A stretch of 64,000 nt of DNA from Nemertoderma westbladi (lineage: Eukaryota > Animalia > Xenacoelomorpha), in NCBI GenBank assembly GCA_032718475.1, contig JAUCBJ010007224.1, positions 1 to 64,000 of the forward strand, in the 5' to 3' direction. Below, in pieces: positions 1-12,602 of the stretch. The notes under the pieces are model-generated. The model was not told the DNA's origin. It searched no databases and saw only the letters and a program-made list of their open reading frames with translations. The position numbers and the translations under genes were made by a program. Every line of letters begins with the position of its first letter. Position 1 is the stretch's first letter.

Positions 1-402
1 CGCACTGATGCACAGGCGAACAATGTCAACCACACTGAACGGCAGGATACGGGGGATAAACGCAAATTGGCAGTGAAAACAGGAGTGAAAAATAAAAAAA
101 AAACGAAAAATATAAGTGGTCTTTTTGATAATTAAGTTGATAATTGAGTTGATAATTAAAATAGTCATAATTTTTGACTGACAGACAAACAGACCAAAAG
201 ACAGACCGAGAGACATGCATGCAGACTCTGTCTATGTCTGTCTGTTTGCCTGTTATATTTTGACAGACATACTAACATGTTAATAGTTAATACCATGTTT
301 AAGCAAAAACACTGGCTAATATTTATTGCATTGCCAAGATATAGTATGCAATGCATCCTTAGTAATCAGAGATAAAATTGACTTGTAATTTACAATATGA
401 AA

Positions 403-2252
403 TTAGTTTAGGTTTACTCTCCTATATACATAGTCCCGACAGTGCATATACAATTCTACATTGAAGTTATTATTAGGCAGTACAACAGTTTGTAATAACT
501 GTTGGAGTTCAGTCCGGTCATCTTCGTTGAGTGGACATAGAACATCAGGGACATCAACAACAGTTTCATTGTCTTCAACGACTGGTCCCTCCCAATCAAT
601 ACCGTATGATTCAAGTTCAGGCGATTCCTCGAGGGAAGTGGACAATCGGCTATTAATAAATATCTTAGTTGGAGACCAGTAGCTTTCTGTACGTAAACCA
701 TGGCGATTCCATGCGTTACGGAAAGTTTCAAGAGAATTGTTTATCCTATCCTTATAGCAAGTATGGAGTACGAATAAGTCCACTGTGTTCGTTGGATCCA
801 ACAAACAGTTATCTTCCATCCAGTAAAACAACTCGTAGTACAAACTTAGGACAGACCTAAAGACATCTCGCCATAATCTCTCAATTCTCTGATTGTGGGT
901 ACTTTTACCCGCTATAAAGCTACCCCTGTTATATCCTCTATTAGCTATCATTAACGAAGCGACGTCACGGTTCTCCCCACCCTTATCCCCCCTGACACGA
1001 GATGGTAATCCATAATACTGCATAAGGCACTTTCGCGCTTCAGCATCAGTGGTTTCACACATACATAGTATATATATATATATATATCGGTACAATGAAC
1101 CATGCTGTTAACACCCCCCCCCCCCCCCCCCCCCCATTATTTTTAACCCCCACCGCACCCCGTCGCTATTCCTGTTAGACCCCCATACACATCCAATATA
1201 TTGTAGTATTACTATTCTCTTTATTGATCTGTAGACTTTATTAAAACCGTCTCTTTTATTAAAACAAAATTATCTTTATTAACAAACAATAATTTATTTA
1301 TTTATTAATTTTATTTTATTAATTTAAAAAACACTGATGATGAAACCCGATACTCTCCTGTACTGCTTCCTGAAACAACTTCAATACAGTTTCAGCACAA
1401 TTATTCGTTGATAGCCAAAGATATGTTATTAACCGTGAATAACCGTCAATGGCACCATGTACAACAAAACACCACCTCACTAGGCTGTGGTGGCCGTCTA
1501 TATGCCACAGCGAATTTGCACCCCTAACATTATACTTACGGCGACTAACAAGGGCCCCCCAGCGGTAGGATGAAGATACGGGATCGATTTCTCGTAGAAT
1601 TGAGGAAACACGATTTAACCCTACATATATATTCTTCATCCGTAGTAAAGAATTCACCATCCGGCAACCAGCATGTGGAAATTCCCGGTGTATTTCTCTA
1701 ATAGCGGCAAACAGTGTTCCATTTGTAACCACTCGTCTAACTCGTTGCAAACCGTATTGTCTTACACGTGTCATTATTGCGGACCTACTAACACCGAATA
1801 TCTTCGAAATTTGCTTCCAAGTAAATCCGGTTTCTTTAAGGAAACTCAGGGTTTCCGATGGAATGTCAAATGACGGACGACCGCGCTGGTTATCGACTCC
1901 GATTCTAGACCTGCTAGTAAAACCTCTATATGGCAGTCTAATTAAGTCTGTGCAACGAGACGAGGACCTAGACCTATTCTCAGGTGTTTTTACGCAGTTG
2001 AATAAGATAGCCATGATAAGCCACACCAGTATGATTATTAGGATAATTAATACTGTTTACTAAGTCCAAGTTTGTTGCTGCGTGACTAATTCGCTGATAC
2101 AAGTCGTTCAAAACATCAACATCACAGATGAGACTTGGTGAACTCTGGATATCATCATGGAGATGTAATTGTTCGCACTTACTAATTACAGACAATATCT
2201 CCTGGTGCATTATTTCAACTTGATATGCCATATTTAAACTAGCCTCTGGCAA
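403..2252 (-). mobile_element. rve-type DDE integrase-core transposase gene (IS3/IS481-like eukaryotic family), in three ORF pieces
   Basis: ORFs 1980-2252, 1319-2026 and 403-1095. HTH-like 'GRPSFDIP..LSFLKETGFTWKQISKIFGVSR', then WHIDGHH..HGAIDGYSR (D), [15 protein letters not shown] (D) and [16 protein letters not shown] (E). Interrupted by a 340-bp insert (1018-1357) and an apparent frameshift near 2030. Confidence 0.8.
1018..1357 (-). other. 340-bp insertion (MITE-like or non-canonical GA-AG intron) within the integrase gene
   Basis: CAG occurs at both borders (1358-1360 and 1018-1020, minus strand). Removal gives in-frame FQEAVQ|YYGLPSRV. Imperfect ~26-bp inverted repeats near both ends share TTCA(T/G)CATCAGTG. 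Interior is AT-rich with a poly-C run and (TA)n. Confidence 0.65.
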
Positions 2253-2433
2253 ACTAATATAAAATTACGAAACGAAACGAAGGTAATACAACGGCAGGGC
2301 AGTACAGTAATTAATTACCTACTGCAGCACCGCACCGGTGTGGTACAGTACAGCAGTACCCAAATCTAGGCCTATTGCAGGACATAATTCAAATATCCCG
2401 CCTATTCATGGTATCATAGCAACAACAACAGCT

Positions 2434-3080
2434 ATTAATTACGACGGTCGATCTGGTTCCAGTATTTAATTACGACGGTCAATAATGTCAACATTAATAA
2501 CGACGGTCGATCTGGTTCCAGTATTTAATTACGACGGTCGATAATGTCAACATTAATAACGACGGTCGATCTGGTTCCAGTATTTAATTACGACGGTCGA
2601 TAATGTCAACATTAATAACGACGGTCGATCTGGTTCCAGTATTTAATTACGACGGTCGATAATGTCAACATTAATAACGACGGTCGATCTGGTTCCAGTA
2701 TTTAATTACGACGGTCGATAATGTCAACATTAATAACGATGGTCGATCTGGTTCCAGTATTTAATTACGACGCACGATAATGTCAACATTAATAACGACG
2801 GTCGATCTGGTTCCAGTATTTAATTACGACGGTCGATAATGTCAACATTAATAACGACGGTCGATCTGGTTCCAGTATTTAATTACGACGGTCGATAATG
2901 TCAACATTAATAACGACGGTCGATCTGGTTCCAGTATTTAATTACGACGGTCGATAATGTCAACATTAATAACGACGGTCGATCTGATGGTTCCAGTATT
3001 TAATTACGACGCACGATAATTATCAGCATTTAATTACGACGGTCGATAATTTACAGTATTTAATTAGTGACAGTCGATGT
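2434..3080. repeat. 59-bp tandem repeat (~10 copies) built of two related ~30-bp halves
   Basis: Unit ATCTGGTTCCAGTATTTAATTACGACGGTCGATAATGTCAACATTAATAACGACGGTCG; both halves contain TTAAT(T/A)ACGACGGTCGAT; the array degenerates after ~3000. Confidence 0.95.
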
Positions 3081-3119
3081 TGGTAGCTTTATCGGCTGTC
3101 ATAAAATTATATCGAATTA

Positions 3120-4358
3120 AAATACCAAAAGTATGCCATAGTAGACGCCATTACGTACGCTACGGAGCAGTGGAGAGCTGAACTCAACCAAGGTAAGTAT
3201 GTTGCCGTGGCGTTCCTCGACCTCAGCAAGGCCTTTAACTCTCTCAAACACGATACTTTACTAAAAGAGCTCGATTCATTAGGATTTAATTCAACGGCTC
3301 TAAAATTAATTAAAAATTACCTCTCAGACCGCAAACAGAAAGTTAAAATCGGAAACATTTCTTCGACATATTTTTCCGAAAAAAGGGGTGTCCCTCAAGG
3401 TACCCTAATGGGGCCTTTAATGTACACACTCTATACTAACACTATGCCATCTCTAGTAACTAAAAATACGTCCATGGTACAATACGCTGACGACACAGCC
3501 ATATATATATCAGGAAAAGATCCGGTCTACTTAGCAAGCGAATTAAAAAACATCATACATAATATTTCAAACATTTTCCAGGCATACAGTCTTCAAGTTA
3601 ATCCAGATAAAACAGAACTTTTACTTCTACATCCACATAAAAATATAGACAATAATATTCAAAAAATAAAAATTAAATTAAACAAAGAATGTATAATAGA
3701 ACAATCGACTAGCGTACGATATTTAGGTATAAAAATAGACAATAAACTAGAATGGAAAGAGCAGATTGATTCAGTTATTAGTAAAATGGGTATGGCAATT
3801 TCGGGTCTAAGAAAAATTAAAGGGCAATTACCACTAAAAACGAAAATTACTTTATATAAAGCATTGGTTTTACCATACCATAATTATTGTTGCCAGCTGC
3901 TGTTATCTTTACACAACGAATATGGACACAAAAAAATACTGTACCGTCTGGAAAAAATGCAGAACTTAGCACTACGTTGCATATTTAGCAAAAAACCAAA
4001 AGATTGTTCTGCTACCGAACTTCGCACAAAAGCTAAAATTCCAACTCTTTATGCATCTCGCGAATACTACGGCATCACCTTTTTACACAAATATTTACTA
4101 GGAATAGCAGAACCATTCAAACATCTCGACCTACCATTCTTAAAAAATGAAAACAAACAAATAAACCCACGAACATTTAAAATTAAAATGCCAAAAACTA
4201 AAAATTATTACGGTCATACATCATTAACATATAAATTAATACAAATGTGGAATGAACTACCACAGGCAGTAACTTCCCAATACCAACACTTGAAAGAATT
4301 TAATGCAACCCTAAAAAAACATTACCTAACTCAGTACCACCGGGATGATACAACATAA
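3120..4358 (+). mobile_element. 5'-truncated non-LTR retrotransposon (CR1/L2/Jockey-group) reverse transcriptase
   Basis: AFLDLSKAFNSL, YLSDRKQKV, GVPQGTLMGPLMY, QYADDT, VRYLGIKIDNKLEWKEQI, C-terminal WNELP. No endonuclease domain present. Confidence 0.9.
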
Positions 4359-5859
4359 CGCAAAAAACAATTACCTTTTTTTCATAGCATCTCGTAAATT
4401 GTGTACACTCAGTGATTCATATATTATAATATAATTTGTGCAATATCTAGCTAGGGTTGTAGTAATTCATTAGGGATTAAAGTAAGTTTATATACATACT
4501 GTAGAACCCAACATTAAATGTCTGGGCGGGCCAGTCTGACGTATATTCATTATTACCAGTTACCTTGTGTAACTGCCTGTTTTTGTGCAATTATTGCTAA
4601 TGATTACACAATGCAGTTTGAATATGAAACAAAAAAAAAAAAAAAATACACCTGCTGAGTGTATCACGTATGACAATGTATTCCTAAAACCCAGCGGACA
4701 AGTTATTATGACAAATGCAGGTATTATGCAACGAATCTGGAACTTTGTAAGGCCTGAATTGGAAAGCAAGGCGGTCTCAACAAGTACTGTATACGCCATC
4801 TATGAGGTGACTTCGCCGTGAGTACCAGTGAGTCTGTGCACAATCTTGCGCTTTGACACCCCATGACTTTCTTAAGACGCCTCTTAAAGGACATTGGCCT
4901 TGGAGATTCTGATAATTATGGGGATAGGGAATTGCGGCGGTGGAATTTTGTACAGTATTTAACCCGGCATATCATTCTTTGCATGCTGCTTCACAGTAAG
5001 CCAATTGAAGGTTGCATGGTGGTGGAACAAATTTTTGTTATAGATAGATAGATACTTACATACCGCATTATAAACTTGAGAGATTCAACCAAAGATTGTA
5101 AGTATTTAATTTACCGCTGTGCCATAAACAGGCTGATCGGTAAATTGGATCAATTTAAAAAATATATATTTATTCAATCATATTTTTTTGCATTAATCTT
5201 ATCTGTTTATTACAACAATCAATCGAATTAAATTACATGCAGTACCGCTCATGTGATATATTAAATTCCATATGTTAAAGCTGATAACTCTAACTGTCTA
5301 AAGTTCTGTCATATATTCGACTAGAAATAAAATTATTAACTAATAATTAAATTTTAAATAATTGCCTTTAGTGTCTTTGATGGATGGCGGCCCTTTATTA
5401 TTATGGTCCCGATACGGTTGAAAAGCATCACAAGATTGACCTTTTTAATTTTTTCAACGACAATTTTAAAAATATCTGAACTGAAATTGAACTGGTTAAT
5501 TTGTATTGGATAATAAACACTATTGAAACGTTCACAATAGCTAACGGAAATATAACTAGCCATTTACAAATCGTTACTTTTCAGTTTCTGAACTCAAATT
5601 GAACTGGTTAATGCGTGGGACGCTATTCAAACGTCCAAGAACATTAATGGGAAATTAACGATACCATTAATGAACGTTACTTTTTTAGTTGAAACACCAA
5701 CACCATTTAGGCGTTATTATATGGAGACTAATTTAGAACTTTGAAAACTGGTACAGTATGTGCGACGTTTATGGAGTGGACATGTTCTCAACGTCGAAAA
5801 GCTGTGTGTGAACGTTATGTGCTACTAGGGTTGTTAACCAGTCAGCTTAGTTCAGTCGT

Positions 5860-6030
5860 TGTTCATGTGCTACTGGAAGTCCCAGACTAGTTGACCAGAC
5901 AGCTTAGTTGTTCACGTCTGCTCTATGCCCCAGACTAGTTAACGTCAGGTTTAGATGTGCACGTGCTGCTCGGTCTGCTCTATGCCCCAGACTAGTTAAC
6001 GTCAGGTTTAGATGTGCAAGTGCTGCTCGA
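5860..6030. repeat. short ~57-bp tandem repeat (2 good copies plus degenerate ones)
   Basis: GTCTGCTCTATGCCCCAGACTAGTTAACGTCAGGTTTAGATGTGCA.GTGCTGCTCG repeated. Confidence 0.75.
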
Positions 6031-6960
6031 AGTACCAGAATAGATAAATCAACAACATTAACGGATGAGTGAGTTAAACCGATAAGAAATATTTTATTCT
6101 GATTCAATGAATTACATTAGTCTTACTCTCTTCATGTATTCAACGTTAAAAAAGATTTGAATTTACTGCCAAAATATAGATAGCAGATCTGATCTGCCAC
6201 CCTTTCTAGTACAAATTACATGTATTTCAATCATTTGCATTTCCCGCGCTATGGAGCAGGGTGGCACCTTTTAGGGACTTGTAGGTGGTTCGCCTGCGGG
6301 GCTAGGACTCCATGTGAGATGTTTCCTAAATTAACTATATATATAGACAAATGGAATAAAAGTTCAGTAATACTTTGTGAGTTGAGTACCACATATTTTT
6401 TTGTTACTTGTAAATAGGACTTCATTTTATTATGATCAAACTTTATTAAGAATGTCCAATTAATGTTTTTATACATTAATAAGTCAGTCCACCGATCTTA
6501 TCATTGAAAATGACGCCAGTTGGTGTATGAAATCTTTGTTTTGTTGTATTTGAATTGTTATATTATATTAATTAATATATTGGCTATTCTTTATTTTGAA
6601 TATTTATATGGCTTACTTTGGTTGATCGATTAATGTTTTTACATTAAATGAGGCTGTTAGTAAGACGCCCAAATGATGAATACTTTCATTACCAATAGAA
6701 CTTTAGAAAACGTACATTTATTGTATTTAAATAAGAATATCCAACATAAGTTTTCACACCTTTGCCTGTACCAATAGCTACACCCACATGGTACTGTATA
6801 CATGTACGCATAAGGACCCCCTTACATGGTATGCAAATTCTAAGCCTAATTATTTAAAGTTATATTAGTCCTCTGAGAAACCACAAACGTTAAACGTTTT
6901 TTCTATCCACTTCTCTTATGCCACTTTCATTTCCAGTAATTATGGCAGCTACCCACAATA

Positions 6961-7250
6961 CACTGTTTTATCGGTTTTTCCCACCAGGATCATCTTTCTG
7001 ATTTCATCTAGCACAATCCAAATTCTGATGACAACTTTGGGTTCTCCCTGACAGTTACCAATGTCCATTTTTAGCGCGGATCGGGTCGGGTATTTGAAAC
7101 ACAATGCCCAGAACATCATGCAGTCAGTGTAATCCCTGTATCAATGTTTTGATGTTTGGTGGGAATGATCTCTGCGATCCTGACTACCCCACGTAAGGAC
7201 AAAGCCAAATTATTTGCATATATTAGTCATATGAGAAATCTTTTAAGGGT
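6961..7250 (+). pseudogene. degenerate SGNH/GDSL-hydrolase-like fragment
   Basis: Manual translation gives CFIGFSHQDHLSDFI*...NFGF...VHF*RGSG and, in another frame, NPCINVLMFGGNDLCDP (G-x-N-D block). Stops and a frameshift are present. Confidence 0.35.
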
Positions 7251-7639
7251 AAGATTTAGTTGTATGCTTACTTATAGTAGTAATAGTGACAATATGAAAT
7301 CTTAAAACTTCGTATAATTATATTATTAAACATGTTTCCAATATAATAAATAGATCAACGAATATCAATTGAGGAACTTCAAGGTCATGTTCGAGCGGAG
7401 GTGGCGCGCTATGCTGGTGTGTGGAATGTGGTGGGATGGACTAAGTCGTCCACCTCCACCATCAATGAAGCCGGCATAAAAAACATTGAGGCGGCGAAGG
7501 TAAACTTTTCAAGTGTGACCCTAGTGGAGGAGTTTGAATGATGATAAGACCGAGTTACTCCTATTGCAGAATCGTTTCGGATGCCACGTGGTCCGGTCCA
7601 TCCAACAGTTCAATGTGGTGCTGACACAATAGTGACTAG

Positions 7640-7940
7640 CACGCATGCACGCAATATTGGGTTTGTAATAGACACACACTTAACTTTTTAAAAACAAATT
7701 GCAGCAACAGTACGTGATTCATTTTTTCAATTACCTAATATATCAAAGATAAAACGGTATTGTCAAGACATGACCTCGAAATATTGATTCATGCCCTAGT
7801 GACAAGCAACCTGGACATCAACAATTCCCTCTATTATAGTCTGTCAGTTAAGCTCATAAAGAAATTACAATAAGTACAGAATGCGGCAGCACGATTGCAG
7901 GCTGGTATTAGGAAGAGAGATCACATTACTCATGTTTTCG
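7640..7940 (+). mobile_element. degraded L2-type LINE RT C-terminal fragment
   Basis: Manual translation across stops and frameshifts: RNIGFVIDTHLTF*KQI...ILIHALVTSNLDINNSL...KLQ*VQNAAARL...RDHIT. Confidence 0.75.
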
Positions 7941-8155
7941 TTATGGGATCCGAGTTGCCGCATAGATTTTTTTATTAAAGCAGAATCTAAAGCAGAACTT
8001 GAAGCGCACCATCATATCTTAGAAAATACAGAATCTGGTTCCGAAACAGAGAGAATGGTATGGTAATAGTTAGGGCTCAACAGGGTGACAAACAATATGG
8101 CAACACTCCTACTGTAGTTGAGTGGCGCGCTGGTTGGATCTAAGTACATGTAAGT

Positions 8156-8230
8156 ATAATATAATAATAATAATAATAATAATAATATTTATAAAGCGCC
8201 TGTCTAAGCACTATTTCAAGGCGCTGTATA
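8156..8230 (-). repeat. (TAA)n microsatellite plus stem-loop resembling an L2/SINE 3' tail
   Basis: (AAT)~10 followed by ATTTATAAAGCGCCTG...CAAGGCGCTGTATA, with an AGCGCCT/AGGCGCT stem. Confidence 0.55.
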
Positions 8231-9064
8231 TACTGTATATATACTGTATTATAATGTATAGACCTCAAAATTTAATTAAATAGTATAATATAATGGTGTG
8301 ATCATGGGTGTATAAAGAACGATTATATTTGTATAACATAAATATAGTAATAGGGGTGGATTTGTGTGGGTCGGTTTGGGTTTGAGGATTTATAACATAA
8401 TTTTCTTAACTTATTTCATGGAATACCATTTCACTGTCAACTTGCAATCTTAATATATGTTAATTACTGTGGAGTAGATGAATCTTAATGGAACAGAAAC
8501 TGGATCAAAACTGGAATTGAGACTCGATTTGACTAGATTGATTCGACTTGAACATATTAATATACTGTATACTAATGCAGCATACTTTAGGCCTACCTAT
8601 AATTATACATTTTAATTGTTTCTTGCAAAAATATTAATAAAATTGTAATACTGGAGAAGCCCTATTGGGTATCGGAAAGTTATGTGTTTTTATACCTACG
8701 AGTTTAGCAGCTTAGCACTACATTACGGGTCACCAAACAATATTATATATTACAGTTGTTAGATATATTTGCTATAAGATAATAAGATAAAAAAGCATTG
8801 CGTTGTGGGTTTATTTCACTGTTTTAAACGGGTGTTCACATAATGCTAACATTATTATTATGATTAAAATATTAATAAAATAACGTTTTCAACAATTCTT
8901 ACTCTATTATATTATAAAACAAATCGCACCAATTTTGTTCAGATGTAATAATTTATTGCATTTATAGAAATAACATTGTTTATATGGAAACTCTATGTAG
9001 GCCTATTACAAGATAATACCATGCATTTAATAACATTAAAATCATAATGTTTTAGTATTATTGT

Positions 9065-9420
9065 ACATCCCTGAAGGGACATCCCCTGAAAGAGGGCAGT
9101 GCAGTCATTGACCATGTGCACCTTTTTGAGTGTATCTGGATGTCGTTCATCCTGATGTGGAAGGTAGTACGTCTTGTCAGTAACAACTTCTGGGTTTATC
9201 ATCCTCATGGAGTAACCCTTTTCAAAGTAAGTCTGAAGTTGGGTGTTGTATTGCATATGGGCCTTCTCATCACGCAACAAACGCTGGCGTATAGACTTCA
9301 AACGTTTCAACGCAAGCGGATAGTTGTTGATAAGTTTCGGTTGTTTCAACATCCGCCTTATTGCAGGTAGACTTCGCCACCAACTTTCCCTGTTATTACC
9401 AGGATGAGGCACATAGTGCC
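9065..9420 (-). mobile_element. BEL/Pao pol fragment (pre-RT/RT start)
   Basis: PKLINNYPLALKRL...TDKTYYLPHQ..HPD..KVHMVNDCTALFQGMSL aligns by eye with PKLENNYSLALKRL...TDQTYYLPHH..HPD..KVRVVNDCAAVYRGMSL of ORF 19003-26517. Confidence 0.85.
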
Positions 9421-9852
9421 CATTGGAATAGGGAGGCGATTAAGATATTTACAATTTCAATTTCAATTTTTCAATTTAATTCTTCCATCCTTTTATGAGT
9501 AAAATTAAGAGCGATGAAGGTTACAGAAGGAAGGAATAGGATGATAGCTAGTAGCAGGGCTAGTAGTTGCCACCACCCTATTGTAGGGAAGGGAATTTGT
9601 GGTTGGGGGGGGGGGGGGGGGGGTAGGTAGGTTCCAGATCTGTGTACTCCAGATTTGAAGATAGTACTGTAAATAATAGAAGATAAAAACAAAAGTTAGT
9701 TAGATAGGAATGCGGCAGCCGCCGAATGAAGAAATCTATAATGGATGATGATACGGTGTTAGTGGTACACTATTATTGTGGCTAAAACAATAGTAGTGTA
9801 ACTAAGAATGGGTACACCTAGAATTACAAAATTAAGTTAAAGTTATAGTTAG

Positions 9853-11760
9853 TCATAGTTTAGATAGGTAGTATTGCTTGAGATATTTTGAGAAAGTCCT
9901 CTTTGTGCTTTTATTTTTTATAATCACTGGGATTGAGTTCCATATGGATGGGCCCAATAAACTCATGGATCGTTGTGTGGAAGAAAGTCTAACAAGGGGG
10001 GTATAAAAATTGAGATTAGTTGCAGCACGAGTAGCATAGCTATGTACTGTTGATGTTTTGGAAAAGAGCTGACCAAGGTTAGAGTTATGAGGGATGGAGT
10101 TAGTGTGAATGTCAAACATAAACAAGGACACTTGGTGCTTAAACAATAAATCAAGGGGGAGTATGTTGAGAGATTTATATAGGAGGTTGGAATTTACAAC
10201 AGCAATGTGGTTGCAAAATGGAAAAGAAAGCACCATTGTAATATCCGAAGACAAGGCCCACGGTAAGGAAACAATCATCTGTTTCTTGGATACCATAATA
10301 GGGAAGATGATTAATAATATCCCAATGGTGACTAAAATCACCATCTGTTCGGATGGGCCTTATTGTCAGTTCAAGAACAGATATATAATAGCTGCCTCAA
10401 TTCTTTGGCTAGATAGGTGCCATAATATCAATATAAACTGGGAATTTTCTGTATCTGATCATGGTAAAGGGGCAGTGGACAGCATCAGCACCAATATTAA
10501 AAGTGGCGTATCACTGGCAATAAACCGTGTAGTGCAATAAGTCCACAACGCTGAAGAGTTCGCAAAGGTAGCAGCAATTGGTAACAATGCCAATGTGATA
10601 AAATGGTTCAACATCAATAATAATTTTACTGTGTTTAACCACTCTCCCGCAATGCCAGGAATATTTTCAGCGCACCATGTCAGTACCTTTCGGCCAGCAA
10701 CTATTATTAACAGCAACAGCAACTTATTAGTTTGTTTCAGTGATAAGTTTCTCGAGGTCCTTCCCTGTTGTTAATAAGTTAGTATCATCTGCAAACAAAA
10801 TACATTTTGCTAGTTTACACACACGTGTTAGTTAAGTCATTACAATAAATGATAAACAGTAGTGGACTAAGTAAGGAGTGTACCTTGAGGCAGTCAGTCC
10901 AATTGTAATTGTTTTTCGTTGTGATTTTCCTTTTCCTACTGTCACATATTGAATTCTGTCAGATTAGTAGTTTGTAATCCAGGCCAACGCAGTTTCAGCA
11001 ATTCCGTAACATTGTAATTTTTCGAGTAATATTCTGTGGTTCACAGTGTCAAACGCTTTCGATAATTCAATTAAGACACCTATTGCATATTCTCCCGAAT
11101 CTAGAGCATTTGTAATATGGTCTAGTAGTGTAAGTAGAGCTTGTTGAGTTGATTTCTTATTTCTAAAGCAAAATTGTGCTGGAGAAAGTATGGCTTCTCT
11201 TATTAAGTAATCTGTGAGTTCTGTTTGAATGATTTTCACAAGTATTTTGGAAAAATATGCTAATACGGATATTGGTCTGTAATTCTCAACAAGTGTCAGA
11301 TTATCAGTTTTAAATATTGGGGTGGTAATACGTGCAATTTTCATTTTATTGGGGAAATAACCACTACACAGAGACATGTTAACTATATAAGCTGAGCCCC
11401 TTGCTTATAAGTGATAAGTGATAAGATATATTGTTGGTTGGATGGTTGATGAGGCTAGTTCGTCATAGCCAGGGCTTGTTCTCTTGTTTAGTTTATTTGC
11501 TGTTTGAATAATTTGAGATGGTGTGATAGTTGTGTTTCTTGTGATGTTTCTTTCTAAAAGTTTCTTTGTTGGTTCGGTTTTTGATAAATAAACTAGTGGT
11601 GAACCTTGAATCATGGGATTTTTTGTTCAAGTTTTGATCCAATTGTAAAATCTTATGAATTGTTAAGGCATTATTGTTAATCGATATCCCCATGGCTTTA
11701 ATTTCTGCTTACATTCTCTGAAATATAATTGAGGTAACCTCATTTCCCTGGCATACAAAT
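9853..11760 (-). mobile_element. degraded CR1/Jockey-group LINE ORF2 (RT), interrupted
   Basis: SPGYDEL, FPNKMKIARITTPIFK, NYRPISVL, ELSKAFDTVNH, FADDTN (~10780-10797) and C-terminal GPSIWNSIP...FSKYLKQY; multiple frameshifts. Confidence 0.85.
10196..10720 (+). mobile_element. Sola2-like DDD transposase fragment
   Basis: SDGPYCQFKNRY...WEFSVSDHGKGAVDSISTNIK matches the SDG..QYKN / W.F....HGKG..DG pattern; in-frame stop at 10538. Confidence 0.7.
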
Positions 11761-12602
11761 ATGTATGTCTGTACCATATTGTAAAGATTAATAAATGAGA
11801 ATAAGCCTATTTAGATCGTACAGGTTAATGTTATTATTGATGTGCTATGTTTACTGGTTTGCGTAATTACATACGTAATTTTATTCTTAAATTGGTATAT
11901 TTTTGTTAATATAATAAATAGGCCTACTGGTAATATCTTGTTTTTGGTTATTCTGTACTTAAAGGTTTCTTGTGTTTTTAATTCGGTATAATTTAGAATC
12001 AAATTAAATTGTTTGTGTCGGTCAGTGAATTCTGCAGTTTTATATACTTCCCTTTATGTCCCGTCTAGGAATCTCAGAATTTCGTTGTCTTGTACATGTA
12101 GGTAGGTATATACTGTATATTCCGATGTTGTTTAGGGTTTTATTTCCACTCAATCTGAGCCAGTAGGCTCAGTAAGCCATAAACTCAGTAGTCCTACCAT
12201 AAATTTGAAACGAGTTTATTTTTTATGCTTGGGGCTGGTAAACTAACTTCCTTACAATAATTTGTCTGTAGACATCAGCCAATATTATTAATTTGTGTTA
12301 TGTCCTATCTTTGCACAATTAAGCTGGTGACGTCATGGAATTTGGAAAATATATTAAGTTATATTATTATTATATTAAATTAAATATATTCCATTATTCC
12401 GTCATGTAAAAAAAAAAACACTCCAGATTAACGATAATAGCGAAATGTTACTAAATGTTTATGGGACCCAGCACCAGGACGGGACCCAGCACCAGGACGG
12501 GACCCAGCACCAGCTCCTGCAGGGCCATTGAAAGGATGCCACATCACTCACCAGGAGTAGGTAGTACTATCTGGATCGTATCGGAATTTCGACCCGACCA
12601 AC

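Noticed and set aside
178-253. Imperfect hairpin of ACAG/CTGT repeats around ATGCATGCA
   Set aside because: Low-complexity arms make chance pairing likely; no supporting context.
1016-1366. 6-bp TSD GCAGTA for the integrase insert
   Set aside because: Removal with this TSD shifts the reading frame; the CAG boundary restores the conserved protein.
1332-1370. Hammerhead ribozyme core (CTGATGA..GAAAC)
   Set aside because: No stem II or stem III and no properly placed cleavage triplet; better explained as the inverted repeat of the insert.
2434-3080. CRISPR-like repeat-spacer pattern
   Set aside because: Only two alternating short spacers, so it is a plain tandem repeat.
5480-5830. Possible MITE terminus (AACGTTATGTGCTACTAGGG)
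   Set aside because: No matching opposite terminus or TSD found.
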